64,000 nucleotides of DNA from Octopus sinensis (GCF_006345805.1 NC_043005.1:72168001-72232000); one strand, 5' to 3'. Positions 12,892 to 25,823 are shown, counted from the stretch's first letter. Numbers and translations are program-made. Notes: generated from the sequence alone by a model not told the origin.

Positions 12892-13170
12892 CAACTGCAG
12901 CATGGAAGGTGTTAATAGGCCATTGAAAAACACAAAAACCATTGGATTTACTTCAACATTTAAATTCAATTTGCTAAAATATTTTCTTTGGTATGAGACC
13001 GCGGCCTGTTCACTGACAAAATTCCGTGCTGCATGGAATTTTGTCAGTGATGAGGTCATGGTCTCAAAGCGATGGAAATATTTTGACAAATTAAATTTAA
13101 ATGTTGAAGTGAATCCAACGATTTTTGTGTGTTTTTAAATGGCTTATAAACAGCTTCCACACTGCAATTG
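12892..13170. repeat. 279-bp imperfect palindrome (fold-back element) with hammerhead-like module in each arm
   Basis: The left arm caactgcagcatggaagg..cactgacaaaattccgtgc is the reverse complement, with scattered mismatches, of the right arm gcatggaattttgtcagtg..ccacactgcaattg; centre about 13030; (TA)n flanks. Confidence 0.9.
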
Positions 13171-13172
13171 TA

Positions 13173-13181
13173 CATATATAT

Positions 13182-13213
<32 letters not shown>

Positions 13214-13217
13214 ATGT

Positions 13218-13288
<71 letters not shown>

Positions 13289-13372
13289 CTATATATATAT
13301 TATATATATGTATATAATAATATATATATATATATATATAATATATATATATGTATGTATGTATATATGTAT
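13173..13372. repeat. (TA)n-dominated microsatellite
   Basis: Direct reading. Confidence 0.95.
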
Positions 13373-13767
13373 GCATATTGCAGGTGGGAGTATGAAATTA
13401 TGTTTTTGAAATAATCATCTCAATTTCCACAGAGAAAGCATTTTCATGCTTTAGAAAGACAAAACTTTTTCCCATCCTCACTTTTAGTGGCTCAGTTTGT
13501 TCATTTCCAAATATTATTATCTATAATAAAGACAAATCCTACATTAGTATTTTCTTTGAATTCATGCAAGTCTTAAGTACCTTTTGTTTTGTCGGTTTTC
13601 TTTGGAGCTTCACAAAAATTATTTTATCATGAAACAAAATGAATTCATATAATACTAGTGTTATTACAGATGTTTTAGTAGAAGCTGAAACTTCAAGTGC
13701 TGCATTTCCATTCAAGTCTTTTGAATGACATAAATTACTTATGCATATTCATTCATTTAGTGACAAA

Positions 13768-13769
<2 letters not shown>

Positions 13770-13821
<52 letters not shown>

Positions 13822-13874
13822 TTATATATATATCTATTTATATATATATATATATATATTTATTTATATATATA

Positions 13875-13906
<32 letters not shown>

Positions 13907-13925
13907 CACAAATATATATATATAT
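13770..13925. repeat. (TA)n microsatellite with periodic TTTA interruptions
   Basis: Direct reading. Confidence 0.95.
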
Positions 13926-15959
13926 TATTTAATGACAAATTTATGTATTCATATCATGGCAAAGATGTGTATGTTTGTGTGTGTTTTTATGTATGTGTTT
14001 GTTTGGGGACAAACAAATGGAGTGTACCTGAATCTGTGTTCACATACACACACACATACATGTACATACACACACACGCACACACACACACACACACACA
14101 CATGTATTTTTTGGAGGTGACGTGTGTGCATGGAATTGCATGCTACCATCTTTAATGATGTTTTGTGATATTAAAAATATTTGTTGTGCAACCAAATCTT
14201 TGTCTGGTGCAGAAGCAGAAGTTAACTGACATATTTTGCAATAAAATAACAAATGAACATTTATGTCAATATGCTTGTATGGCCTGCTAAAAATCTTAAC
14301 CAAGTCTTCATCAATTCCCTTCATATCATCTTAACAAAGGAAGGAGAAATTTTACTATAAAGTCCTTAATACAGTGTATGGAAAAAAACAAGGAAGGTGT
14401 ATGGAAAAAAAAATGTTATGGTCACAACTGTAACAACTTCCCTCATTGCCTGAACTAGGATTAAACAACTTAACTGTCTAGTCGTGCTCCAATAACAATT
14501 TTCTCATGCTATAAAAGCAAGCTCATTTTGGATTTAGAAATTAACACTGACTGAGATCATGTATATGTATGTTTGTATGTGTGTGTATATGTGTGTGTGT
14601 ATGTGTGAGCGTGTGTGTGTATGTATGTATCATCATTTAACGTCCATTCTCCATTCTGGCATTGGTTGGACAGTTTGACCAGAGCTGGCAAGCTGCACCA
14701 GACTCCAGTCTCATTTGCCCTTCCTTATGCCAACCACTTTACAGAGTGTTCTGGGTGCTTTTACATTGTACCACAAGAGCGGTTTTACATATGTATCTAT
14801 AAAATGTATACATACATGTTTTCCAAGCTCTGTGCTAGTTCCCATGTAAACCTATCTGCTCCACAGATTGTAGAATAGTTTGGTGTAACTTGGAAGCGCA
14901 AAGCTTATTCTCACTTTCCCAGTTCTTTATCTTTCAACCACACGAATAACAAATTCTATTCATCTTCAAATCTGTGACATTAACCAAAACAAATATCAAA
15001 ACTACCCAAACTTCTCTCACATATACCCAGCTTCTAGTAAATGATCTCAAACATTGTGTAGTGTGACTAGGTTGCAACAATAATAAAGCCTTTATGTTGT
15101 TAATTGACTTCCTAGAAATATCAGCTAGGTATCCCTCACATTACATTGGACAATGAAATTTTCAATATACAAAATAACAGCAAGATACTCAAAGCCTTTG
15201 ATCAGAAGTATTCCCTTCTGATTAAAGATTTACTTGGCTAGAACTGACCTGGTACTGAAGCATTACATAAGAGTATGAAGCAAAGTATTAGTCTCACTAA
15301 ATCAGAGACTAGTTATGCATTAATGAAGCTCACTAGCTTTAGACTCTATAGAGTTTCTATAAGTCAGCTTGCAGCATGTTTCGATTTACTTGCTTATGTA
15401 AATATCCTGATCTAGCATATATACATAAATGATGTTATGTGTCTTTAGGTAAGAAAACATGTAATCAGTTTTAGAGCAATACCATTAGTGTAGGAGTTTA
15501 TGTGTTTCAGAGTTCGTTGTTGGAAGAGAGGAAGAATGTAATATTCATAACAGGTAGCTGAGAAATGCCTGAGTTTATGAGGTGGGATCAAAAAGGACTC
15601 CATCTTCACAAAGTACAATGGACCAGGCTGAAAAAAAATGTGTTTTCAGATATATTTATGGTAATGGAAATTGCTCCGTAATTGGATGGAACATGGAATT
15701 TTATATATATATCGGCTGACATGGATATTATGTAGTTTTAAGCCGAAATGAAATGAATGGTTGTGATATGATTGATAATTATGACTGTCATATATATTCT
15801 ACACTGACTGTTGATATGGGTAAATGTGTTTCGTGTTTGAACCTTTGCAGATTGCTAAACCTGTCCTTGTTAGGTTTCAACATCTCACATTCTCTTAGAA
15901 TTATCTAACCATTTCTGCTGCATCATTTCATCATAGAGAACTAAAAATAATACACACAT

Positions 15960-15968
15960 ATATATAAC

Positions 15969-16054
<86 letters not shown>

Positions 16055-16070
16055 ACATACATATATATAT

Positions 16071-16103
<33 letters not shown>

Positions 16104-16265
16104 ATATATATTATGTATATATATAAATACATATTATATATATATATATATTATATATATAAATATATTATATATATATATTATATATATATATATATTA
16201 TATATATATAAATATATTATATATATATATATATGCATGTATGTATGTATGTATGTATGTATGTA
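15960..16265. repeat. (TA)n/(TATG)n microsatellite
   Basis: Direct reading. Confidence 0.95.
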
Positions 16266-16762
16266 TACCACCACTAACATGGCATATTATTTTTTTATAT
16301 TGGGATAAAATTATAATTATTTACAATATTTGTAATGCATTTATAAGCTTCATATTGCACTTCAGATTCATTTCCAACCGAGTTTAACAATATAAAATAT
16401 AAAGTGGAGAATTTTAAGGATGAACATAACAGCTTATATGAGTTTCATTTTCCTTTAAATTGCTGCATTACCTCTTAAAGACTCTATCTTCATGTGGAGT
16501 AACTGGAATTATTTCATCTTAATGTTAACAATGTTCTTTAAGCTGTGTTTATAGGAAGATTTAAATTCTATAATGTAAGATAACATAGCAATAATCTTGT
16601 ATTTTATTTTCCTGTTTCTGTCAAGCTGCATCAGCACATGGTACCTCTTCACAATTAGGTGGACTGAGCTAACAAGAGTTAATAATTTTTAGTTGAAAAT
16701 ATGATTAAAAGTCAGTAGCAAGAGAATGAGTTTCTATGATACTAAGGTGGAATAAATACCTA

Positions 16763-16990
16763 TTTCTTTACTACCCACAAGGGGCTAAACACAGAGGGGA
16801 CAAACAAGGACAGACAAACAGATTAAGTTGATTACATCAACCCCAGTGCGTAACTGGTACTTAATTTATCGACCCTGGAAGGATGAAAGACAAAGTCGAC
16901 CTCGGTGGAATTTGAACTTAGAACATAATGGCAAACGAAATACGGCTACACATTTCGCCCGGTGTGCTAACGTTTCTGCCAGCTCACTGC
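16763..16990 (-). mobile_element. Family A SINE, near full length
   Basis: Reverse complement of the 17972-18201 copy. Confidence 0.9.
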
Positions 16991-17199
16991 TGTGGTAGAA
17001 TAAATACCACAAGGTATTTTCATTCAGCATGCCAATGCAGGTGTGGCTGTGTGGTTAAGAAGCACACTTTGCAATTGTGTGGCTTCACTATGTGGTTCAG
17101 TCTCACTGCATGGCAGCATTTGAATTCAGAATATAAAAACAGATAAAATGCTACTAAGCATTTTTCCTGGTGTGCTAATGATTCTCCCATCTCACTGCC

Positions 17200-17490
17200 T
17201 TGACCAAACTGATTATTGATTTCAAATTTTGGCACCAGGCCAGCAATTTTGGCAGAGTAGTAAGCCAATTACATTGACCCCAAGTGTTCCACAGGTATTT
17301 ATTTTATCAACCCCAAAAGGACGAAATGCAAAGTCAACCCCAAAAGGAGGAAATGCAAAGTCAACCACAAAAGGACGAAATGCAAAGTTGACCCCAAAAG
17401 GACGAAATGCAAAGTCAACCTCAGCAGAATTTTAACTGAGAACATGAAGACAGATGCAATGCTGCTAAGCATTTTACCTGGCATGCTAAT
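17200..17490 (-). mobile_element. Family A-related SINE containing a 27-bp x4 tandem expansion
   Basis: Unit tcaaccccaaaaggacgaaatgcaaag repeated at 17307-17414 inside an otherwise ordinary copy. Confidence 0.85.
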
Positions 17491-17704
17491 GATTTTGCTA
17501 TCACCCTGCTGTAATTAAGCTAAATATTATTTTTTGCCTGTGGACATAAGGTCACAAATATGTAAGGTAGAGTAAAGTCAGTTGCATCAACTGAGGACCT
17601 TGACTGGTGTTTTACTCTGTCAGCTCTGTAAGGGCATAAAGCAAAGTGGCTCTTGGCAAGATTTGAAATCAGTATAAAACGATGTAATGGAAACTTGTTA
17701 GGAC

Positions 17705-18346
17705 TTTTATCTTTTATTTGCTTCAGTCATTAGATTGTGACCATGCTGGAGCACTCCATCGAAGAATTTTTAGTTAAACAAATCAACCTCAGTGCATTTT
17801 ATTTTTTATTCTTCAAGCCTGGTACTTATTCTATCAGTCTCTTTTTGCTGAAATACTAAGTTACAAGGACATAAGCACACCATCACCAGTTATCAAGTGG
17901 TGGTGGTGGTGGACAAACAGAAATAGACACACACACATACACACACACTCACACACACATATATATGAGATGGCGGCGAGCTGGCAGAAACGTTAGCACA
18001 CCGGGCGAAATGCGTAGCCGTATTCGTCTGCTGTTACGTTCTGAGTTCAAATTCCGCCGAGGTCGACTTTGCCTTTCATCCTTTCTGGGTCGATAAATAA
18101 AGTACCAGTTTCGCACTGGTGTCTATGTAATCGACTTAATCCCTTTGTCTGTCCTTGTTTGTCCCCTCTGTGTTTAGCCCCTTGTGGGTAGTAAAGAAAT
18201 ATATATATATGAGATGGGCTACTTTCTGTTTCCGTCTACCAAATACACTCACAAGGCTTTGGTCAGATTGAGGTTATAATAGAAAACACTTACCCAAAGT
18301 GCCATGCAATGGGACTGAACCCAAACTTCATACCACACAGCCACAC
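17705..18346 (-). mobile_element. Family B SINE interrupted by a family A SINE
   Basis: Tail at about 17705-17930 and head at about 18212-18346 flank the nested copy. Confidence 0.8.
17972..18201 (+). mobile_element. Family A SINE, full length, with TSD
   Basis: ggcggcgagctggcagaaacgttagc..ctgagttcaaattccgccgaggtcgac..gtaaagaaata; TSD ATATATGAGAT on both sides (17961-17971, 18205-18215). Confidence 0.92.
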
Positions 18347-18869
18347 CTTTTGTCCATTAATCTGACGATTCTTGCAATCCATTGCCTTTGACCAATCCAT
18401 CATTCTCAAGTAAATTCGGTATGAACCTCATTAATTTCATTCTCTTTTATCTGTCTCCCAGTTAATTTCGATGGAGAATTGAGTTTATAGTTTGACACGG
18501 ATGTTGTGTTCTTCTTCAGCTGAACTTAAATGAAACTAACAAAACAACATTAATCATGTGTTTTACTATTTTCTTCTAATGATAAACTGTATCTCTTCAC
18601 TGCGAGTTGGACTGACTCCACATTAGTTAATATATCTTCACCATAGAGAGTGAGAAGTACTGATGACAGGTTACAAATTGTCAATCCTTCAGCTATTGAT
18701 TGGGTCACCTGAAGCTTTAGACTACCATATAGCAAAAGAGAAAGTGCTGCTCAATATATTTTCTGATCTTAACAAAAGATTTGAAAATTTGGTTAAAATA
18801 GAAATAGGTTCCAGTATAAGTTGTTAAGGAAATAGACATGTGTGAGAAAAGTCATGTATTTCCTGTTAC

Positions 18870-19012
18870 TAACCACATGAAGTTTGAGGTTCATGGAACC
18901 TTGCTCATGTGTTTTCTACAATAGCTCCAGAGGTGACTTAAGTCTTGAGAGTGGAATTGGTTGATCAAAACTGAAAGAAGACCATTATGTATATATGTAT
19001 CTACTTGATATA

Positions 19013-19069
<57 letters not shown>

Positions 19070-19307
19070 TATTTTCTCCTTGGCTTGGCTTCACATGGTA
19101 GCTGTAAACAAGTGCCACCATCATGCAAGCATTATCTTTCATTTCTGACCTTTTGTGGTACCATGTCTTGGCATGAGGAAATATTAACTGTTTTGGAAAC
19201 AGGTGAGGTTTGAAGTCAGGAAGGGCATCTGGTCTTAGAAAATCCATCTCAATTAATTCCATCCGACTCATGCAAGTATGGGAAAGTGGATACTGAAATG
19301 ATGGTGA
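18870..19307 (+). mobile_element. Old family B-type head SINE with alternative tail
   Basis: Degenerate head, (GT)n, and tail ..aggaagggcatctgg..catgcaagtatgggaaagtgga. Confidence 0.6.
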
Positions 19308-21124
19308 ATTAGCTGATAATACACATGCATACACTTACAGAAATATATAAATATATATATTTACCATAGGCTTCTTTCAGTTTCCATTTGCAAATGTCAC
19401 CCACAAGGCTTTAGTTAGGATATAACAGAAGACACTTGCCCAAGATGCCACATTATAGGAACTGAATCTGAAACCATGTGGTTGGGAAGAAAACTTCTTA
19501 GCTACACAGTCATACAGAAGTTCATCAAGTGTTACCTAAAATCTTTGGAAAATGAAAAAACCAAATTGAAAATGAGGAATTTGTGTTTCTGTCTGTATAA
19601 AAATAACGAATAAATTTCAACCAAAATTAAAAGCATGCTAAGTGGAATCAAGCATGCAATACTAGATACACCAGGGGGTAACTTGATCTGTATATATATA
19701 TATATAATGTTGAATACTGAAATCCATATTTTACATAATTATTGTGTGATCAAATGAACCCCATCATTTTTGATGGGTACTCTGCTAGGCATCTAATAAG
19801 AATTGGTTATAACAAGTGAAGGAACAAAAGAAATGTCTTACTGCTGCAGAAGCAAGGCAAGAAAAAGACAGAACAGACTCGAAGAAGCTTGAGATTACCA
19901 AAGTAATAAAGCAGGGTAGGGTGTGCAGTGTTAGAGAGTGGTGATCATAGGCACTGTACTGTTTCAATGGGCATTAAATCAGTAATGGTAATGAATACAC
20001 TAATGATATTGTTAAAAGCGTTGTATATTCATCACATCAAACATTTCCAGTTCTGTTATTGCTCCCGTTACATTACCGTGACTCAATCAGAGAAAAACAA
20101 TTATCTATGTAAAAAGTCATTAATTCTGCAAAAACCATTAGTCTCGTAGAGGTTCCAACATCTTACATCTTGATAACATTCCTAGAACTTTCAAGTCGTA
20201 AAGATGCACTTTCACTGATTCTGTCTCAATGTCTTTAACTAATGGCATCATGATGTTAAACTCTAGAACAAAATCAACAGACTGAATATGAAGTATCAAA
20301 ATTGTAAATGAACGCACAATAAATGAACTGTGTTAGTAAAGCGCTCATTCCCCCACCAATCCACTAGAGTTCAAATGATAAGTGACCTTGTTTGAAGGAA
20401 ATCAAGAATCGCTATAATAAATTTATCCCTTAAAATTAAAATTAGAATATAAAAGCATTTTATCATAGTTCATTTAAAGTTTTTATCCTGTTTCAAGTAT
20501 TAGTTAATTTGCAAACTAAATCTTCTAAACTCCGTCTTTTGAAGTGTAATTCTTATCTGGAAATAAATTACTTTGATTCTGAAATTAACCACTAGTCCAG
20601 AAAAAAATTTCTGCTATAGGTTAGTAGTTTAATTATTTTACTTAACTTTTATAATTTGATTTCGTTCTCCATATCATCGTAATCATCATCATCATTGTAG
20701 TCAACTGTCAATGATAATGTATACTTTAATGTGCTGAAATTATTGTTGGTGGGTCTGCAATCCAATATATTTTGAACTCGGAAGTCTTTAATATTGCATT
20801 CTGCAAGTGGAACAATAATATTATAAGGCTTAAGCTAATTGTCAAATCTCAGGTGTTACTTCCTTAGCTATCCACCCCACCTAAATAAACAACCCACGTT
20901 TCTTGTACTACTCTCTACACAGTCAAAGCACTTTCTACCCAACATACAAAATCAATTTTACATTAAATTTTTACAGCAACACAGCTGTTTCCTGGAATAT
21001 ATCTACTGATGTTTTCAATACTCAGGTGCACATTGCCACTTAATTTGTATCTGAAGTTCATATTACACACCTACTGTCTTATATTTATCCCTCGATGCAC
21101 ATTATAGTATGCATATGCATGTGC

Positions 21125-21193
<69 letters not shown>

Positions 21194-21198
21194 GTGTG

Positions 21199-21238
<40 letters not shown>

Positions 21239-21338
21239 TATGTATATATATATATACATATATATATGCACACATATATGCATACATATATGCATACATA
21301 CATTCATACATACATACATACATACATACATGCATGCA

Positions 21339-21369
<31 letters not shown>

Positions 21370-21370
21370 C
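21125..21370. repeat. (TA)n/(TACA)n microsatellite
   Basis: Direct reading. Confidence 0.95.
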
Positions 21371-22005
21371 GAGTTTACTTATGGGTGGATGCATTGCTCT
21401 GTTAATGAATGTGCATTTGTCTGTTTGTTTTACATTCATTTCTCTATACTAAAGGGGTTTAGATGAATGTATTAGTCAAGCATTGTTTTATGACTTGATA
21501 CCCTTCCTGATCCTAAACCTTACCAGTTTCTCAAGTATGGAATTACTCAATCTATGGTGTTGGACATGGCTATATGGTGGAGATGTTTGCTTCACAGCAC
21601 ATTGTTTAAGGTTCAATCCCCCAGTTTGGTACCTTGGGCAAGTGATTTCTATTACAGACCCAGGCTAACCAAAGACTTGAGAATGGATTTGGTAGACTAT
21701 TTATTAAAATGCAAAGTTATGAGTTTTTATGTGATGTCAATGTAAAAATAGTCACAGAAAAACCTATACAACTATAAAATACATACATACACACATATAC
21801 GTGCACAATGTTTTTCAATCAAATTTCACTCACAAGGCATTGGTCAGCTCAAGGCTGAAGTAGAAAACCCTTGCCCTAGATACCAGACAATTTTTTTTAA
21901 TTGAAACTGTACTGAGATTTTGTTTTGCAACTCTAGTTTCATGCCACTGTGATCTTCAGGCAAGAACTCAAGAAGTATTACAGCTTGGTCTTAGTGGTGT
22001 ATGTA

Positions 22006-22851
22006 CACGGTGCAGTGGGTAAATTGTCACCATTCAATATTCCAGAATTCGTGCATGTGCATTGTTTGTCAACTACACAGTATAGTAGGCTCAGTTGGGC
22101 ACCTTCTGTGAGAAAAAACAGCACATTAATGCCAATTCACTCTGCCAGAAATTTGGAAACTACATGCTGTACTCTTGGCAATATGACCATTTCAGACTGT
22201 TTGGGTGTCAGTCTCAGGACATATATCGAGAATGATAAAAAGCAGACATCCTGTCAACATCATGGTGTTTGGAGTGATCACTAGTGATGGTGACGTTATG
22301 CCTCCATTCATCTTCCTACATGGCCTCACACTCAACACAGAGGCCTACATTAAGTGCCTGGAGGTGGTAGTGCTGCACTGGGTCAAGAGGGTGGCTGCTG
22401 AAGGGCCCCCATGTCTGGCAAAAGGACTCTACCCCATGCCACACAAGCAGGAGAACACAGTCATGGCTGTCAGATAATTTCTGTGACCACATCACCCCTA
22501 ACATCTGACTACCTAACTCTCCAGATTTCAACCATCTTGATTATTATGCATGGCACACAGTTGAGTTAGAGACTAACAAAACTCCTTGTAGCACCAAAGA
22601 TGAACTGAAGGCAAGGATTATGGCAGCATTCACCAACTTAAACAAGGAGACCATCCAGAAGAGTTGCAGCAGATTCCGAAGTCATCTGGAGGCTGTGGTT
22701 GAAGCCAATTGTGATTTTATTGAATAGATTTACTCTTTAGTATTTCAAGATATTTTTATGTAATTTTAGTAAATATGTCTGTTAAAATGAGATGTCAGTG
22801 TTATTTTCATTTTTTGCATAATTTAGACAACAAATTATTCACCCCACCCTA
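22006..22851 (+). mobile_element. Internally deleted Tc1/mariner transposon, DD37D (maT-type) transposase pseudogene
   Basis: Frameshifted translation RHPVNIMVFGVITSDGDVMPPFIF..YIKCLEVVVLHWVKRVA / HVWQKDSTPCHTSRRTQSWLSDNFCDHITPNI*LPNSPDFNHLDYY..VVEANCDFIE* has 37 residues between the 2nd and 3rd catalytic D. Degenerate TIRs are flanked by TA. Confidence 0.88.
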
Positions 22852-23188
22852 TATATATTTTGGTTTGTAGTCTAGTACTTGTGTTTGTTCATTGGATTAC
22901 TAATTTTTTTTCTGATTGGATGGTGTTTTTTCTGGCCTCTTCATTAGTTGCTTCTGTTAATTTTTGTGATGTGGTGTTGGAATTTCCTGCAATTGTTGGC
23001 AGGGTGTGTGTGTTATTAGTTTGTTTAGAACTTCTTAGCTGGCTGACTGGGTGGCTGGCTGGCGGGTGAAGGGTCTTCTTTTGTTGTGGTTGAGTTATGC
23101 TTTGCTCTCTATTTATTTTCTTACCTAAAGATTACAGTGATACGAAACAGAAGTCAGAAAACAAATTCTCAGCTTCAATAAAATCAAT

Positions 23189-23226
<38 letters not shown>

Positions 23227-23229
<3 letters not shown>

Positions 23230-23457
23230 GGAGTGGCTATGTAGTAAGTAGCTTGCTTACCAACCACATGGTTCTGAGTTCAGTCCCACTGTGTGGTACC
23301 TTGGGCAAGCGTAACTTACGGGTTCAGCAAAAAGAAACCAATAGATTAATTACTAGACTTACAAAGAATAAATCCTGGGGTTGATTTGTTTGACTAAAGG
23401 CGTTGCTCCAGCATGGCTGCAGTCAAATGCCTGAAACAAGTAAAAGAGTAAAGAAGA
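23227..23457 (+). mobile_element. Family B SINE with internal deletion
   Basis: Head gcaggagtggctatgtagtaag.. is joined directly to the tail after ggcaag. Confidence 0.8.
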
Positions 23458-24639
23458 GAGTATATATATACACACACACACTATATAAGCACTAGAATAA
23501 AGTATCTCTACAAGGAATATAATTAAAGTTGAAATTTCACTAGCACTACTCTGAGTTTCACTTTTTGATCTTGTAGTACAGATTTAATAATGGAAATATA
23601 TTTATATACGTATGGTACCAGCACAATGTCACAAAATATCTGCAAAGAAACTCGTAACATGATTGGTTGTTGGCATCCTATAAAGCCATCACTGATATAA
23701 AATGCAGTTATAAATGAAAAATGGAAAATTATAAATTTGATGAGTTGAAAGAAATAAAGATAGAGAATAGGGCAAAATAGAAAAGATTAAAGAGTTTTGA
23801 AGCAATCATATATTATATTGAATTAAATCTATCCATGTGTGCGTGTGGGCATGTGTATGTGTGTGTGTATAATGGATGGATATATGATATATGCATGTGT
23901 GCTTGTATGTAGTTATGTATGTATGTATGTGTATGCAAGTATGTTGATATGTATGAATGTATGATATTTTTAAAGAAAAATAACAATGCTATTTCAATGG
24001 TGTATGGGCTGAAAAGATAAAAAAATGAGAAGAAAAATATGAAGGAGAAAATAAAGACGTAGAGGAAAAGAGAAGAGAATGGTGCTATTATATAATATGT
24101 TGCTTTAAAGAATAACTTATATAATGTTATATTTAAAAGTGAGTGAAGAATTGAGAGGAAGTAAGGAAAGGAGGAAAAGGAAAAGACGAAAGGGAAAAAA
24201 GTTTTCGGATGCTCAAATATCTTGATACAGAAAAGCAATGTAAACAATAATTGTAAAGTGTGAAATCTAAAAACATAAAATTAATTATGAATAATCAGTG
24301 GTGCATAAATGTCGATATGTAAATGTTTGATGAATGCAACAAGGGAAGTAACTCTATTGGCTCTATTGGATTTCCAAACAAATTTGAATTGGATTTTAAA
24401 GCACGTTTCAATTGGATTACAGGTGGTGGTTGATATTAGACAGAAATTCAACAAAGCTTTAGGCAATAGAATAGCTGACTTTTATATTATGGCTGTTAAA
24501 TATCCATTGCTATTTGTGATATTTATGGATATGGTGATGTAAAATGTTTAAGAAATTTCTGCCTATACAAGTGCTTACTTCAAGATTATATGTGGGTTTT
24601 GTCATAAGAAATTGCATTTTATATTTTCTTTTTGAGTTA

Positions 24640-24972
24640 TAATAATAATAATAATAATAATAGTTATTATTATTATTATTATTTATTTTTTTTTAAACAT
24701 TTAACCTGAATGTTTGTTACAGTCACTTGCTGAGACACACCCAGTGTCCTGGGGTGAGTGAAGGATAAGAGATGCTACTGTATGACTAAAATCTTGGAGA
24801 GCTAGTGAAATATTTTCATGTAACACAACACAAACATTTAAATGGATAGGGTTTTTCTAAACATATGGACAGTACTTGTCAGCACAATCTCTTGGATTCC
24901 TCTGAGACATGGTTCTCCTGGGATTTTTTTCTAGATGTTTCTGACATCCCTTTCTTATCATACCTTGGGTAC
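24640..24972 (-). mobile_element. 3' end of RLE-type (R4/Dong-like) non-LTR retrotransposon
   Basis: Minus strand GMIRKGCQKHLEK/IPGEPCLRGIQEIVLTSTVHMFRKTLSI*, then a 3' UTR and (TAA)n tail. Confidence 0.7.
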
Positions 24973-25064
24973 ATTTTATTCGTTTTTATTTTTTATTCCT
25001 TTCTTCTTTTCCTTTTTCTCCTTTACTTAGTTCCTCTCAGTTCTTCACTCACTTTTATCATAAC

Positions 25065-25125
<61 letters not shown>

Positions 25126-25455
25126 TAAGGTTGTGAGATGGTAGAATTGTTAGATTGCCAGAAAAAATGCTTTATAGCATTTCTTCACTTCTGTACTTTT
25201 TGAGTTCAAATGCTCTTGAATTTGATATGGCCTTCCATCCTTTTGGTGTCAATGTAATTCGACTTCTTCCTCCCCTCAAAATTCTGGATTTCTTTCTGAC
25301 CTTTTTATATTCAGAGTTCTTATCTCACTGAGTCAAGTTTGCTTTCCATCCTTTCTGTATTGATAAAATAAAGCGCTTGTCAAATACGGAGGATTGGTAT
25401 AATCAACTTCTCCATTCAAAATTACTAGCTTTGTACCAAAATTATAATAATAATA

Positions 25456-25508
<53 letters not shown>

Positions 25509-25538
25509 TATTATTATTATTATATTATATTATTATTA

Positions 25539-25573
<35 letters not shown>

Positions 25574-25791
25574 TGGTGAAATGCACATGAATTAGCACAT
25601 CGGGTGAAATGCTTAGCAGTATTTCATTTGCTGCTACGTTGTGAGTTCAAATTCTGCCAAAGTCAACTTTGCCTTTCATCCTTCCAGGGTCGATAAAATA
25701 GGTGCCAGTTGAACACTGGCGGTGATGTAATTGACTCATTCCCACCTCCCTCAAGCTACCCTTGAGGAAAAAAATTTGAAATAATAATAAT

Positions 25792-25823
<32 letters not shown>

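Noticed and set aside
11179-13414. Many 60-115 aa ORFs rich in YI, CV or HT (also at 21085-21466, 37129-37698, 42525-43184 and 52068-52585)
   Set aside because: They are translations of (TA)n, (TG)n and (CA)n microsatellites that lack stop codons; no protein signature.
15196-15227. 13-bp stem hairpin; a similar one lies at 53675-53715
   Set aside because: Too short for a pre-miRNA and expected by chance in AT-rich DNA.
17307-17414. 27-bp direct repeats resembling a CRISPR array
   Set aside because: No spacers, eukaryotic context, and the unit is an internal SINE segment.
18550-18735. Minus-strand ORF with a possible acceptor (cttcag) and natural-looking composition
   Set aside because: It ends in a stop without a convincing donor, has no recognisable domain and no partner exons; transcript data would be needed.
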